A stretch of DNA of 64,000 bases from NCBI GenBank assembly GCA_902384795.1, contig CABMDC010000004.1, forward strand, positions 1,002 to 65,001, given 5' to 3'. Both the position numbers and the translations under genes were made by a program. Below the pieces are notes generated by a model. It had not been told where the DNA came from, ran no database searches, and saw only the letters and a list, made by a program, of their open reading frames with translations. The DNA comes from Candidatus Gugararchaeum adminiculabundum. Lineage in GTDB: Archaea; Micrarchaeota; Micrarchaeia; Burarchaeales; Gugararchaeaceae. Positions 1-9,943 of this stretch are shown piece after piece. Each line of letters starts with the position of its first letter. Position 1 is the stretch's first letter.

Positions 1-2537
1 TCCTCCCGTTTCACACCCGTATTCGTGTACATTTTTGCCAAATCCGCATAGAACGCTTCCCTATCATCCTGTCTCCTTGACAGGATGTCCATGGCCATAT
101 TGAACGGAATATGATTTTCACCCGCTGCTTTCACAAGCTCAACCTGGTCTTTGCTGGACATCTTTGACAATTCCTTTCCAACATTATGCTCGCTGTTAAA
201 CGAATTAGTGTATCTTTCAACATCCTGGGCATACATATTCACGGCTTTGCTGTCATGCCTCGTTTCCGTTTCTTTTTCAGTTTTCATTTGCGCAAAGTCG
301 TCCCTTCTTTCCGTCAGTATCTTTATCTCCGCCAGCCTTCCCAGCTCATTTTTCTCCTCTTGTGTCTTGTTTATCACTGCCACGACTTTCTGTTGTACCT
401 CCGCTTGCTTATCCGCAGGCACTTTTTCCAGGGGCAAAGAACTTACGAAAGCCTTAACTCCCTCCTGGCCCAATCCGCCGTAGTCGCCAAAGCCAGCTAT
501 TGTTGCTTTCAGATTATACTCCTTGGAGATATTGACCATTTCATCATTCTGCCGCTGGTATATATCCGCTATTTTCTGTGCCTCGCTGGTCACTTTCTCG
601 TGATGGTGCAATTTGTCTTCTACAGTATCCACTTCCTTCTGGATAGTTTTTGAATACCTGTCAAAAAATCCAGACACCTCCGCCGCAACCGGCAGCTGTT
701 TCATCACTGCCCTAAATGCCACTCCCTCGCTGCCAATGCCAGCTGAAGCCGCTGCATCTGCGTATGCTTGCGCTCCTTTATTCCCAAATCCCCCTTCAAA
801 CGCTTCCTTAATGCCCTTCGGGCTTGCGAAAGCTTTTGCATAGGATGCGATCGACCCAATTACAGGAATCTTTCCGAGCATCCCGCCTAATTTCGCGCCC
901 TGCGGACCCGATCCCATCCCCGCCCCCTGTGATGCGAACATCGGCATGCCAATCATGCCCATGATAAATGCCTTGTTGACTGCTTTCATTCCCGCAGCTA
1001 TATTCGCCTGCTGGGTCGCAACTGTCGCTTCATACTTTGTTTTCTCAGCCTGCCTATCCAGGATTTTCTGGTTAGTCACCTCTCCGCCTTTTTTGGAGAT
1101 TTCTTTCTTTAACACTTCAACCTCTTTCTTCATCTCGTGCGTTTGCATCATATACTTCTTCTTCTCCAGTTCAAGCCCTTTAAGTTCGCCCTCTAATTTT
1201 TCTTTTTTCTTCGCATCCTGCTCTTTGGCAATTTTATGTTTCAGCTCCGCGGTGGCGTTCATGCCTTTCCAGCCAGTTGCCATCTCCGACATTCCAGTTT
1301 GCTGAGTGTATAAGCCCATCTGCGCCGCGTTTTGCTGCAGCGCAAGTTTCTGGGCGCCAGCTGCAGTTCCAGCAGTTGTTTTTCTTCTGATCGCGTTCAT
1401 TTGCGGTGCCAGCCTGGCCATTTCTTTTTTGTTGTTGGTCGCTACCGCTATGCCGTACTTAGCGATAACCGCTTTATCGCTACTGCTCAATTTTGAGGTA
1501 TCGATTGTTTTCTGCGCGCCGGCCAATTGACCTGCAACATTTGATTTGTTCGCCGCTGCCGTCGCCTGCTCCTTCGCCTTCAATGCCTGCCCTTTTGCAG
1601 CCGCCTTCTGCTGCGCAAAGCTCATGACGCTCATGAACAATCCACCGAGCGCGATGTTCTTGCTCTGCGTCCTCATCTGGTACTGCTGCCCGCGGTGCAA
1701 TCGCGGTGACGAGAAATCAAAGCTGGCCATGGGATTTTTCCCCTGCATGAACATCGCACCGCCAAGCAGCCCCAAAATCAGGAATACGGGAAAGCACTGG
1801 TCGGTGAGCGATATTTCCTTAATCGTAGGCGAAAGGGCTTTTTTAGAAAGGCAATAGGGCACAAATTGGTATACTCCGAGCAATGGCTTGCTCACCGCTC
1901 CTTTTTTGCACGGGCACGGATCAATGTCCAGATAATCATCAGGAACGCTAGTCGGGCATGTGGAAGGTTTCGGAGGCACGTAATTTATCCTTCCATACGC
2001 ATTCATCGGAATTGCGGGATCAAGCGTGCCGCAATCATTCACTCCGTTTGCCACCAATGTTCCGGCATCATAGCGGACATAGGGGTCAAATTTCAAGGTG
2101 AGGTAGCATTCCTCGCCCATGGTGTCAAGATAATCCAGCAGCTTGTTGCTTTTCGGAATGCTGTTGATATCCACTGAAAACGTCCCGTCCGCCTTGGTTT
2201 CAATGACATAGGCGCTTCCCCCGGTTCCCAACTCCTTCCCTCCATTGGTGGTGCCCGCCATCTCCCCGGCGTTGGTCAGCTGGTTGGCAGGCAGCATGGG
2301 CCCTATGAAAACCGTCAGTTTCGCATAGGCAACCCCTGTTCTCGCGTCCTGTGTCTTGTTATAGTAATATAGCTGCCCCTCTATTTTGTCCTTGTTCACG
2401 GCTATGCTAAGGGATGGTTGGGTGAAGCATGATTCGCAAGAACCAGTCGGCGTAATGTCCTTAACATCGGCACCTACCACGCCCGAAAAGAGCGAAGCGA
2501 GCAAAACGAACGCCAATAATAAAGGCAAACCACGCAT
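1..2537 (-). CDS. large membrane-anchored protein, C-terminal end runs off the window (at least 845 codons)
   Basis: Absent from the ORF track because it has no stop in the window. I translated the minus strand from ATG (2537-2535) and found no stop down to position 1. The N-terminus MRGLPLLLAFVLLASLFSGVVGA is signal-peptide-like. It is followed by a ~260-aa Cys-containing ectodomain and one hydrophobic helix (CFPVFLILGLLGGAMFM). After that comes a long Ala/Lys/Gln/Glu-rich coiled-coil-like region with a Gly/Met-rich hydrophobic patch (GMIGMPMFASQGAGMGSGPQGAKLGGMLGKIPVIGSIASY). Plus-strand track ORFs 151-2177 are low-complexity antisense frames of it. Confidence 0.75.
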   Translation of the reverse strand, partial: MRGLPLLLAFVLLASLFSGVVGADVKDITPTGSCESCFTQPSLSIAVNKDKIEGQLYYYNKTQDARTGVAYAKLTVFIGPMLPANQLTNAGEMAGTTNGGKELGTGGSAYVIETKADGTFSVDINSIPKSNKLLDYLDTMGEECYLTLKFDPYVRYDAGTLVANGVNDCGTLDPAIPMNAYGRINYVPPKPSTCPTSVPDDYLDIDPCPCKKGAVSKPLLGVYQFVPYCLSKKALSPTIKEISLTDQCFPVFLILGLLGGAMFMQGKNPMASFDFSSPRLHRGQQYQMRTQSKNIALGGLFMSVMSFAQQKAAAKGQALKAKEQATAAANKSNVAGQLAGAQKTIDTSKLSSSDKAVIAKYGIAVATNNKKEMARLAPQMNAIRRKTTAGTAAGAQKLALQQNAAQMGLYTQQTGMSEMATGWKGMNATAELKHKIAKEQDAKKKEKLEGELKGLELEKKKYMMQTHEMKKEVEVLKKEISKKGGEVTNQKILDRQAEKTKYEATVATQQANIAAGMKAVNKAFIMGMIGMPMFASQGAGMGSGPQGAKLGGMLGKIPVIGSIASYAKAFASPKGIKEAFEGGFGNKGAQAYADAAASAGIGSEGVAFRAVMKQLPVAAEVSGFFDRYSKTIQKEVDTVEDKLHHHEKVTSEAQKIADIYQRQNDEMVNISKEYNLKATIAGFGDYGGLGQEGVKAFVSSLPLEKVPADKQAEVQQKVVAVINKTQEEKNELGRLAEIKILTERRDDFAQMKTEKETETRHDSKAVNMYAQDVERYTNSFNSEHNVGKELSKMSSKDQVELVKAAGENHIPFNMAMDILSRRQDDREAFYADLAKMYTNTGVKRE

Positions 2538-2561
2538 GGAGTTTGTTTAGTGTTTCAGCAT

Positions 2562-2571
2562 TATTTAAATA
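2562..2571. promoter_or_regulatory. palindromic TATA box shared by two divergent genes
   Basis: Perfect palindrome TATTTAAATA lies in the 51-nt gap between ATG 2537 (minus) and TTG 2589 (plus). It matches the archaeal TATA consensus TTTAWATA on both strands at about 20-30 nt from each start. GGTGAT (2576-2581) is an SD-like element before TTG 2589. Confidence 0.5.
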
Positions 2572-2588
2572 TGATGGTGATGAATTAG

Positions 2589-3674
2589 TTGAGCGTGGAA
2601 TTAAGCCCAAAAAAGCTTTTCGTCATTTTTGCCCTGTTTTCGCTAATCTTCGCCTCGGGCTGCAGCACCGGGGTCAACGGCGAACGGACAAAACAGGATT
2701 TCTACTCATTTGATACTGGCGCGAACGCGGGCGAAGCGGCGGGCACGGGCACTACCGCGGAAACCTGCGCAGCGCCAACCGAGACGCCCCCCCCGGACGT
2801 CTGCTCATCCTATTCCTCGCTTCTCGGCCGCGCGTCCATGAATTTCCAGGGAATGGATTATGTCGACCAAACCGTTTACCACGTACAAATAGACGACCCA
2901 AGCGGTGCCAGTTCAGAGAGCATAACCCAGCAGGTGATTACCTACACCTCGATCAATGGGATGAAAAGTTTGACAACCCTTCCCAGCGGGACCTATGAAG
3001 TCTACTATGACCCACTAACTTACGCCCCCGATGCGTTGTCCTGCGACGAGACTACCGGGGCAACGGTGACCGACGGCGGAGATGTTTTCATTTGCGGGCC
3101 GGGGAACAGCTGGGTTTCAAATCCAAACATCGCCAATGATGTGGTGAACGGGGCCACGGGCTGGAAAAATAACAATTTGGTCCCTGTAGGATTCAAGGAA
3201 TACGGCCCGCAGCTCGGAGACCTGGGCAGATCCTCGGACGCGCCCACCTGCAACACCCTTGATGGAAACAACGGGAAATACTGCACGCACTGCATCGGGA
3301 CGGCCTGCGCCCCGTGCGCCAAGGATTCGCCGCCTTTCAATTCCCTGAAATGCGCAAGCGAGTGCGTTGATTTCTATGGATCAGCGCTCTATTCGGGGCA
3401 GGACGAGCAGGACCTCGGTGTCGCGAAAGAGACTGAAAAGGCGACAATCTACACCGGCGGCCCTGTGCAAGTGAAAGACTGGTACCAGGCGGAATTTTCC
3501 AAAACAACCGCCAATGGCGGGACAATAACAATGACAAGCGATTCCAATTACACGATGCAGGAAACGCCGATCCCCGAGGATTTCTTCAAACCGGAGAAAA
3601 GCAAATGCGGCGGCGTGCCCATGAAATGCACTCTTATCTGCGAATCCTCTGGAATGAAGTGCGGCTACACTTAA
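2589..3674 (+). CDS. secreted Cys-rich putative lipoprotein, function unknown
   Basis: 361-aa ORF with TTG start. The N-terminus KKLFVIFALFSLIFASGCSTG is a signal peptide with a lipobox-like SGC. There are many Cys residues, including the clusters CTHCIGTACAPCAKD and KCGGVPMKCTLICESSGMKCGY. I recognise no family motif. Confidence 0.7.
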   Translation: MSVELSPKKLFVIFALFSLIFASGCSTGVNGERTKQDFYSFDTGANAGEAAGTGTTAETCAAPTETPPPDVCSSYSSLLGRASMNFQGMDYVDQTVYHVQIDDPSGASSESITQQVITYTSINGMKSLTTLPSGTYEVYYDPLTYAPDALSCDETTGATVTDGGDVFICGPGNSWVSNPNIANDVVNGATGWKNNNLVPVGFKEYGPQLGDLGRSSDAPTCNTLDGNNGKYCTHCIGTACAPCAKDSPPFNSLKCASECVDFYGSALYSGQDEQDLGVAKETEKATIYTGGPVQVKDWYQAEFSKTTANGGTITMTSDSNYTMQETPIPEDFFKPEKSKCGGVPMKCTLICESSGMKCGYT

Positions 3675-3714
3675 GAGCGGACAGTGTTCGAACAGAACCG
3701 CTCTTATTATTTTC
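3674..3714 (+). terminator. hairpin plus T-tract downstream of CDS 2589..3674
   Basis: AGAGCGG...CCGCTCT inverted repeat enclosing the palindrome GTTCGAAC, followed by TTATTATTTT. Confidence 0.45.
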
Positions 3715-3883
3715 AGAATACAATCTAGAACTAGTACTACTTTAGATGAGAGACTCGCAGAACAAGTCTGCTCGCTCTCATCCTACCTTCTAAGAATTTT
3801 TTACATGGCTCGCGCTAGTTTAATTAAAAAACCGAAAATTATTTTTGCAGCGCTCACGCTAACTAATTTAGAAAAATAAAATT

Positions 3884-3948
3884 CGCAGGATGAAAACGAG
3901 CGAGTAATCGCGAGCCTTTCATCCGCAGTTGCCCTAGTTTAGCTATGG
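3884..3948. repeat. hairpin repeat (copy 1) plus conserved 10-mer TTAGCTATGG
   Basis: The hairpin has arms GCAGGATGAAA and TTTCATCCGC. The core AACGAGCGAGTAATCGCGAG (3895-3914) matches the reverse complement of 37282-37301 at 19 of 20 positions. TTAGCTATGG at 3939-3948 recurs (reverse complement) at 37186-37195 and 37335-37344. Confidence 0.7.
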
Positions 3949-4002
3949 ATATTGGTACAAGCGGCTCAAAGAAAATAATGTACGCTTGTATATTGTGGGA
4001 AA

Positions 4003-4042
4003 TGTGGTTGCATATTTTTAGAACACGGACAGACTTGAATTA
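4003..4042 (-). other. 23S processing stem, 3' half
   Basis: 4003-4012, 4021-4028 and 4034-4042 are complementary to 7339-7348, 7331-7338 and 7281-7289 respectively. They bracket the 23S as in archaeal pre-rRNA processing helices. Confidence 0.65.
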
Positions 4043-4046
4043 AGTT

Positions 4047-7000
4047 TTATAATGGATTTAGTAATTGCGGGCTGAATGAATCGCGTGAGCTCTTCACTTA
4101 CACCCCAATCCTATCAAACCCGTCTGCTACGGGCTCCAATATCGCCTCGTTTTGAGATTTGCTTCGACCTTAGATGCTTTCAGGTCTTATCAAATAGCGC
4201 GTAGCTGCCCAGCAGTGCCTTGTTAGACAACTGGTAAACCAGAGGCGCCGATCCCAAGTTCCTCTCGTACTCATGGGACCTTACTCTCAAGCGACAACAC
4301 TCCTAAGAGATACTACCGAACTGTCTCGCGACGTTCTGAACCCAGCTCGTGTAAGTCTTTAATGGATGAACAACCCAACCATTGGTGGCTCCTGCACCAC
4401 CAGGATGACTTAAGCCGACAGCGATGTACCAAACCGCGGGGTCGATGGGTATTTGAGTAAAACTCTCCCACGCCCAACAGCGAAAACACGAACTGCTAGA
4501 TTCCATTTAGTATCCGCACGCTAGTCCATCGACTGGCCTAGCATGCGCTAGAAATCTGCCTATGAATTCCTTATGCAGAACTTATTGAGGAAGAATTTCT
4601 AACTAAACGAAAACGATAGCAGTTCGTACGCAAATAATTTAGGGAGAGATTTATCTCTCGCCCGCGACGAGCCTGTTACCCCCGGGGTAGCTTGTCTGAC
4701 AGCTTGGACCCTCATCAAAAGGGATACCAAGGTTCGTTAAGCCCGACTTTCGTCTCTGCATTCAACGCTCTTATGAATACAGTCAGTCTAGCATTTGTCT
4801 TTTTCCCTTAACCTCGCATTTCTGACGCGAGTAAGCTAAACATTGGGCATCCTTGTTTCCTTATCGAGGATGTACCGCCCCAGCCAAACTATCCATCTGC
4901 CGCTGTCCCTAATTAGGTAAGCAGTGTATCAACCAGTGATTGGTGTTACAAAATCGCCTATTTGCACCCCGAAAGATGCAACATAGCGGCTCCCAATTAC
5001 GCTCCGCATTGATCAAGACACTACAACAACAGACTATAGTAAAGCTCCACGGGGTCTTCGTTTCCCCTTAGAAGTCCTCCGCATATTCACGGAGTAGTGA
5101 GTTCACCAGGTCCTAGACAGGGACAGTGGGAGGCTCGTTATGCCATTCATGCAAGCCGCCAATTAAGCGGCGAGGTATTACGCTACCTTAAGAGGGTCAG
5201 AGTTACCCCCGCTCTTTGCCGGCGCTTAGTTCGGTTGAAACCGAGTTTGACGTACCGGTAGTGAGCAGGCATCGACCACTATACTAAGCCTTACGACTTT
5301 GCAGTGATCTGTGTTTTTGATAAACAGTCGACCTCCCCTTGATACTGAGACCTGCAGTTCTTGTAAACCGCAGGCATAGCTTGTCCCGAAGTTACGCTAC
5401 TATTTTGCCGAGTTCCCTTGCCTAGGTCACCCTGCTACGCCTTGGCTTTCTCTGCCAGCAACACCTGTACTGGTTCTAGGTACGATCTTGTGGAATCGGA
5501 TTAGTTCTCTTTTCGTGTACCCTTTTTACATATTTTTTATTGCGCAATTTCCCGCGCGCAACCCGCGTTACGTTATCCCCGCCCAAAATAAGGCAGAGAA
5601 GTTTTTCCGTTAACGCTTTTTGCTTTAGCAAAAAGGGTTATTTCACGGGCTCCGGGAATCAATCGAAGTATTGCTACCCCTCCAGTTGTTATCCTGCTTC
5701 TCTTCATAACGAATCTCCACAGGACTGCAAAAGAAGAACAACCCTTGCGAATTGCTCGACCTATCCCCAAGCGTCAAGAACTAAACTTGTCTTGCGACGT
5801 CTATCCACAAGGTGCGGGAATTTTAACCCGCTTCCCTTTCATGCAATGGTGATTGGCCTTGCATTTAGGATCGACTTACTCTTGGCTGACAAACGTTGCC
5901 AAGAAAACCGTGTGCTTACGGCGTTCAGGATTCTCACCTGAATTAGATGTTACTAACACCAGGATCTTCATAACAAGCCAGTCCACACAACCTTACGGCT
6001 GTGCTTCTGCCCGGCCCGTTCGCCTCCCTACCAGATGACTGCCCGAAGGCAGTCCTCTAGGGTTTCGGTTTCTGACTTAGTCCCGTACATCTTCAGAGCC
6101 AGCAAACTCGACTGGTCCGCTATTACGCGTTGTTTAAAGGATGGCTGCTTCTGAGCCTACCTTCCAGCTGTTTTTGCTTGGAGACTCCTTCATATTAACA
6201 CTTAGTCAGACATTAGGGACCTTAACCCTAGCCATGGTCGTTCCCATGCAACAACACTAGCTTACCCAGCGTCGTCGACTCCCGTCTTCTACGACGTGTA
6301 TAGATTCGGAGTTTGACAACGAGGTGACACCTTTCGATGCCGCTCCCCGTGATCAGTGCTCTACCCCACACACTATCTCAGACGAGGCTATCCTAGGAGA
6401 TACTTCGGAAGGAACCCGCTATTGCCATGTTCGATTGGACTTTCACCCCTAAACGCACGTCACCCGAGCAGATATACTAGCAACGGTAGCGGTCCTCCAC
6501 CAGCTGAAAAGCCGGCTTCGACCTGCGCACGTATAGATCACAATGGCTTCGGGTCTGGCAATAGTGACTAATCGCTTTTTCAAACGACGCGCCTCGCTTA
6601 TCACTGCGCGCAATCGCTTTCGCTTCGCATTCCTGCTCGCCACTATCGCAAACTCCCTGGCCCTTGACTCAAGAAGGACGATGTAATATTGGTAGTCCCG
6701 CATCGCTTCCACCCTTGCGAATGGTCGCTTCTGCAGGCGTTCATTCCTTTCACACTACATCAACCTGTAGCCTTTCAGTTTCAGGCACTTTTAACCCCCC
6801 TGTTCGGGGTTCTTTTCAGCTTTCGCTCGCGCTACTAATACGCTATCGGTCTCAGATCTGTATTTAGAGTTGCAAGTCGATACTCGCATCTTCACGCCCC
6901 ATACTCGAGGGACCTTACTCGCATCGCTCCCTTCCATCTAACCTTCACCTACGAGGCTATCACTCTCTCTGGCACAACTTTCCAGTTGCTTCAGTTCAAT

Positions 7001-7280
7001 TAAATGGATAGTTGGAGCGCCCACATCTACGGCACATTGCTGTGCCGCATTCAGTTTGCTCTGTGCTGCTTTCAGTCACCCTTACTTACAGCATCCCTAT
7101 TGGTTTCTTTTCCTCCCGTTACTAAGATGTTTCATTTCACGGGGTATCTGCCCATTACTGGGTATTCGGGAACCTCCGGTTCAACGGCTGCATGCGCCTA
7201 GCCGGAGCTTTTCGCAGCTTGCCACGCCCTTGCTTTTATCTGAGCCAAGCCATCCTCTGAAAGGCTTCGTAACAAAACAC
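4047..7280 (-). rRNA. rrl: 23S rRNA (interrupted by a ~208-nt insertion; ends approximate to about 15 nt)
   Basis: Reverse complement contains the sarcin-ricin loop AGTACGAGAGGAAC (4258-4271). It also contains CTGAAAGCATCTAAG, ACGAGCTGGGTTCAGAACGTCGCGAGACAG, CCCCGGGGGTAACAGGCT, GAAGACCCCGTGGAGCTTTACTATAG and GGAACTCGGCAAAATAG, plus the 5' block GGATGGCTTGGCTCAG near 7255. About 3026 nt remain without the insertion. Confidence 0.95.
4447..4654 (-). other. ORF-less ~208-nt insertion in 23S helix 89 (intron or expansion segment)
   Basis: The conserved sequence runs GGGTAACAGGCTCGTCGCGGGCGAGAG, then the insertion, then ATCGACCCCGCGGTTTGGTACATCGCTGTCGGC. In E. coli (recalled from memory) only about 5 nt (UUCAU) occupy this gap. 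The insertion ends are complementary (CTCTCCC near the 5' end, GGGAGAG near the 3' end). No ORF is present. Confidence 0.7.
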
Positions 7281-7348
7281 TAATTCAAGTTATTATTTAT
7301 AGTTGACCTTTTTATGACTCAACTAATATTCCGTGTTCTGCAACCACA
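7281..7348 (-). other. 23S processing stem, 5' half
   Basis: Complementary to 4003-4042 (see that feature). Lies in the 16S-23S spacer immediately upstream of the 23S 5' end. Confidence 0.65.
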
Positions 7349-7497
7349 CTTCTGTCCACATGATTGAATGCGAAAGCATAGTCCGCACCCAACGCGAGAA
7401 AAAATCTAAAAAAATAATTCCGAAAATTTTCATTTTCGAAAAAATATTTCCGAGATATTTTTCCCGCCACGCTCGGAATAAAATTCCGAAACGTTTC

Positions 7498-7534
7498 GAG
7501 TCTTCAAGAGATTAATAGAGTTGTACGAATATTC
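7498..7534 (-). other. 16S processing stem, 3' half
   Basis: GAGTCTTCAAG (7498-7508) and GTTGTACGAAT (7520-7530) are perfectly complementary to 9777-9787 and 9755-9765. The two 11-bp helices are separated by an 11-nt internal loop on each side. Confidence 0.75.
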
Positions 7535-8050
7535 ATGCTCGCTCTATGCACATTCGCTTACTTAGTCTTTTTTTACAAGCAAACCAGACTGACTGATTTG
7601 TATAAAAAAGGAGGTGATCTATCCGCAGGTTCCCCTACGGATACCTTGTTACGACTTAGCCCCCCTCATGACATCTTAGTTCGACAACGCCATTAAAGCG
7701 CCGCCTCACTAAGAGATCACTTGGGTGACTTGACGGGCGGTGTGTGCAAGGAGCGGGGACGTATTCACCGCGCGATGCTGACACGCGATTACTAGGGATT
7801 CCAGCTTCATGGGGGCGAGTTTCAGCCCCCAATCCGAACTTAGGTTAGGTTTCAGAGATTAGCTTCCCCTTTCGGGGTTGCATCCCGTTGTCCTAATCAT
7901 TGTAGGCCACGTGTAGCCCAGGCGATTCGGAGCATACTGACCTACCGTCGCCCTCTCCTTCCTCCCATTTAACACGGGCAGTCTCCACAGAGTGCTCACC
8001 CCCCGGAGGAGATGATAGCAACAGTGGACAAGGGTCTCGCTCGTTTCCGG

Positions 8051-8648
8051 ACCTCTCAAGAAAAGTTAACATCATTCAGAACCGGTTAGATATCCTTTGA
8101 TTAGGGATATTTCTGAAATTTGCCTATAAAAAAACGGAAATCATCGCCCAGCACGAACAATTTCTTGTTGTGCTTGATTATGTGAAAATTCAAACGCGAG
8201 AGAATCATCTCGTCGTTAAGAGTTGCGTTCGCAAGATAGCATAATTTTTTCCCCTTGACAAGTTCCGTTCCTCCCATGGCATCAAAGACCCCTGCGATAT
8301 ACGCAGCAGCCTTGTCGTTTTTTTCACGGAAAATTTCCAGCGACTCGCGCTGGACTTTCTGGAAAAACTTTTCATATGCAGAATGGTAGAAAAAAATTTT
8401 GTCATCAACTCCCAGTTTGATTTTTTCCGGGGGCACGAGCTTGAGCTCGAGAATCTGCTTGAGGAAAATTTCGCACAATCGCGGATTTCCCTGGATGCCG
8501 ATTCCGTTATCGCTCCTGCGCTTGCTCCACAGGCCAATCAAATAGGCGAGTTCAGGTGTCAAATTTATTTTCATGCAAATCACAAATTTGTTTTCACATC
8601 GCTATTCCGTTGTACTATATTATTATACTTTTTTTCTTGAGGGGTTTA
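8051..8648 (-). mobile_element. 16S rRNA intron carrying a homing-endonuclease ORF
   Basis: The conserved block GTTAAGTCCGG / AACGAGCGAGACCC (around E. coli position 1090-1100) is split by about 598 AT-rich nt. The intron ends pair (CCTCAAGAAAA with TTTTCTTGAGAGG). CCGG is repeated at both junctions, so the boundaries are ambiguous by a few nt. Confidence 0.85.
8101..8583 (-). CDS. LAGLIDADG-family homing endonuclease (intron-encoded)
   Basis: 160-aa ORF inside the 16S intron, same strand as the rRNA. Two LAGLIDADG-like motifs are present: LAYLIGLWSKRRSD and AAYIAGVFDAMGG. Confidence 0.75.
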   Translation of the reverse strand: MICMKINLTPELAYLIGLWSKRRSDNGIGIQGNPRLCEIFLKQILELKLVPPEKIKLGVDDKIFFYHSAYEKFFQKVQRESLEIFREKNDKAAAYIAGVFDAMGGTELVKGKKLCYLANATLNDEMILSRLNFHIIKHNKKLFVLGDDFRFFIGKFQKYP

Positions 8649-8794
8649 CCGGACTTAACCGGACAGTTCGCACCACGAGCTGACGATGGCCATGCACTAC
8701 CTCTCGGCTCGTTAGGTAAGATCTTTAGTCTGACCTTCATCCTGCCGTCGCGCCTGGTAATGTTCCCGGCGTTGAATCCAATTGAACCGCAGCC

Positions 8795-8837
<43 letters not shown>

Positions 8838-9751
8838 ACCTTGCGGCCGTACTCCCCAGGTGGCAGACTAAACACCTACGCTACGGCACTGCATTGGCTC
8901 GAGGCCAACGCAACACCACAGTCTGCATCATTTACTGCTAGGGCTACTCGGGTATCTAATCCGATTTGTTCTCCTAGCCTTCGTCCCTCACTGTCAGACG
9001 CGTTTTGGTAGGGCGCCTACGCCACTGGTAGTCCGTATAGGATTACAGAATTTTACCTCTACCCCATACGTACTCCCTACCTCCCCCGCTCTCGAGCCAT
9101 GACAGTATTTCTTGCGCGCATTGAAGTTAAGCTCCAATATTTCACAAGAAACTTATCAGGCCAGCTACGGACTCTTTAGACCCAATATTCGTGGAGATCA
9201 CTCGGGCTGCCAGTGTTACCGCGGCGGCTGGCACTGGTCTTACCCACCCCTTATTCTACGAGCGTTCTAGGCTCGTCAAAAGATAGCCTTTAAGGCTACC
9301 ACTCAGAATTTCCTTATCACGCTTGCGCGCATTGTAAAGGTTTCGCGCCTGCTGCATCCCGTAGGACTAGGACCCTTGTCTCAGTGTCCTTCTCGGGGCT
9401 CCGACTCCCATCGCCCCCACTGATTATCGGCTTGGTGGGCCGTTACCCCACAAACTACCTAATCAGGCGCAGTCTCATCCTAGGGCGGACCGGCTCCAAT
9501 TCACCGGCCTTTTAAACGATAAAGCATTCCAGCATCTATCGCCCATATGGTATTACCCTCAATTTCTCGAGGTTATCCCCTTCCCTAGGGCAGATTGACT
9601 ACGTGCTACTGAGCCGTACGCCACCCACTGAAGTCAGTGGGTAGACTTGCATGGCTTAGGCAAATTCTGATAGCAATCCCCTCCAGCAGGATCAACTGGA
9701 GTTGCACACTAAAGTCTACTACATAAATTTCGAATTGTTCGAGGTTGCACT

Positions 9752-9787
9752 CACATTCGTACAACATTTCTATTCCCTTGAAGACTC
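9752..9787 (-). other. 16S processing stem, 5' half
   Basis: Complementary to 7498-7534 (see that feature). Lies in the rRNA leader about 50 nt upstream of the 16S 5' end. Confidence 0.75.
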
Positions 9788-9943
9788 AAGTCAGATCCGA
9801 CAAAGTCGGATATCCATAGACTACGCTGATGGTATATGCTGTAGTGGAAAGCGATCTGCTCATTGCGCCCGAATCGAAAATTCGTGTGCTCCCGTCAGCC
9901 GGAACCACAGCCGCCAGCGTGCCAATTATTATGAATAAGATAG

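Noticed and set aside
151-2177. Seven plus-strand track ORFs (74-155 aa) with Ser/Phe/Leu/Cys/Ala-rich low-complexity translations
   Set aside because: They lie antisense to a single uninterrupted minus-strand frame (1-2537) that has a signal peptide, a TM helix and protein-like composition. The antisense frames stay open only because of the biased sense codons.
3715-4002. Possible 5S rRNA or C/D-box sRNA in the hairpin-rich trailer downstream of the 23S (also checked 9704-10130)
   Set aside because: No 5S-like conserved segments. The hairpins contain GATGAG and GGATGAA but no exact C box (RUGAUGA) paired with a CUGA D box. The region is better explained as terminator plus hairpin repeats.
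5480-5830. Possible second insertion in 23S domain III (about 100 nt more than E. coli between the GGGTTAAAATTCCCGCACC and CGTACCTAGAACCAGTACAGGTG blocks)
   Set aside because: This is a naturally variable region. After removing the helix-89 insert the 23S is about 3026 nt, within the normal archaeal range, so no further insertion is needed.
7290-7608. tRNA (e.g. tRNA-Ala) in the 16S-23S spacer
   Set aside because: No acceptor or T-arm pattern (GTTCRANYC) on either strand. The spacer holds only processing-stem halves and AT-rich TTCCGAAA-type short palindromes.
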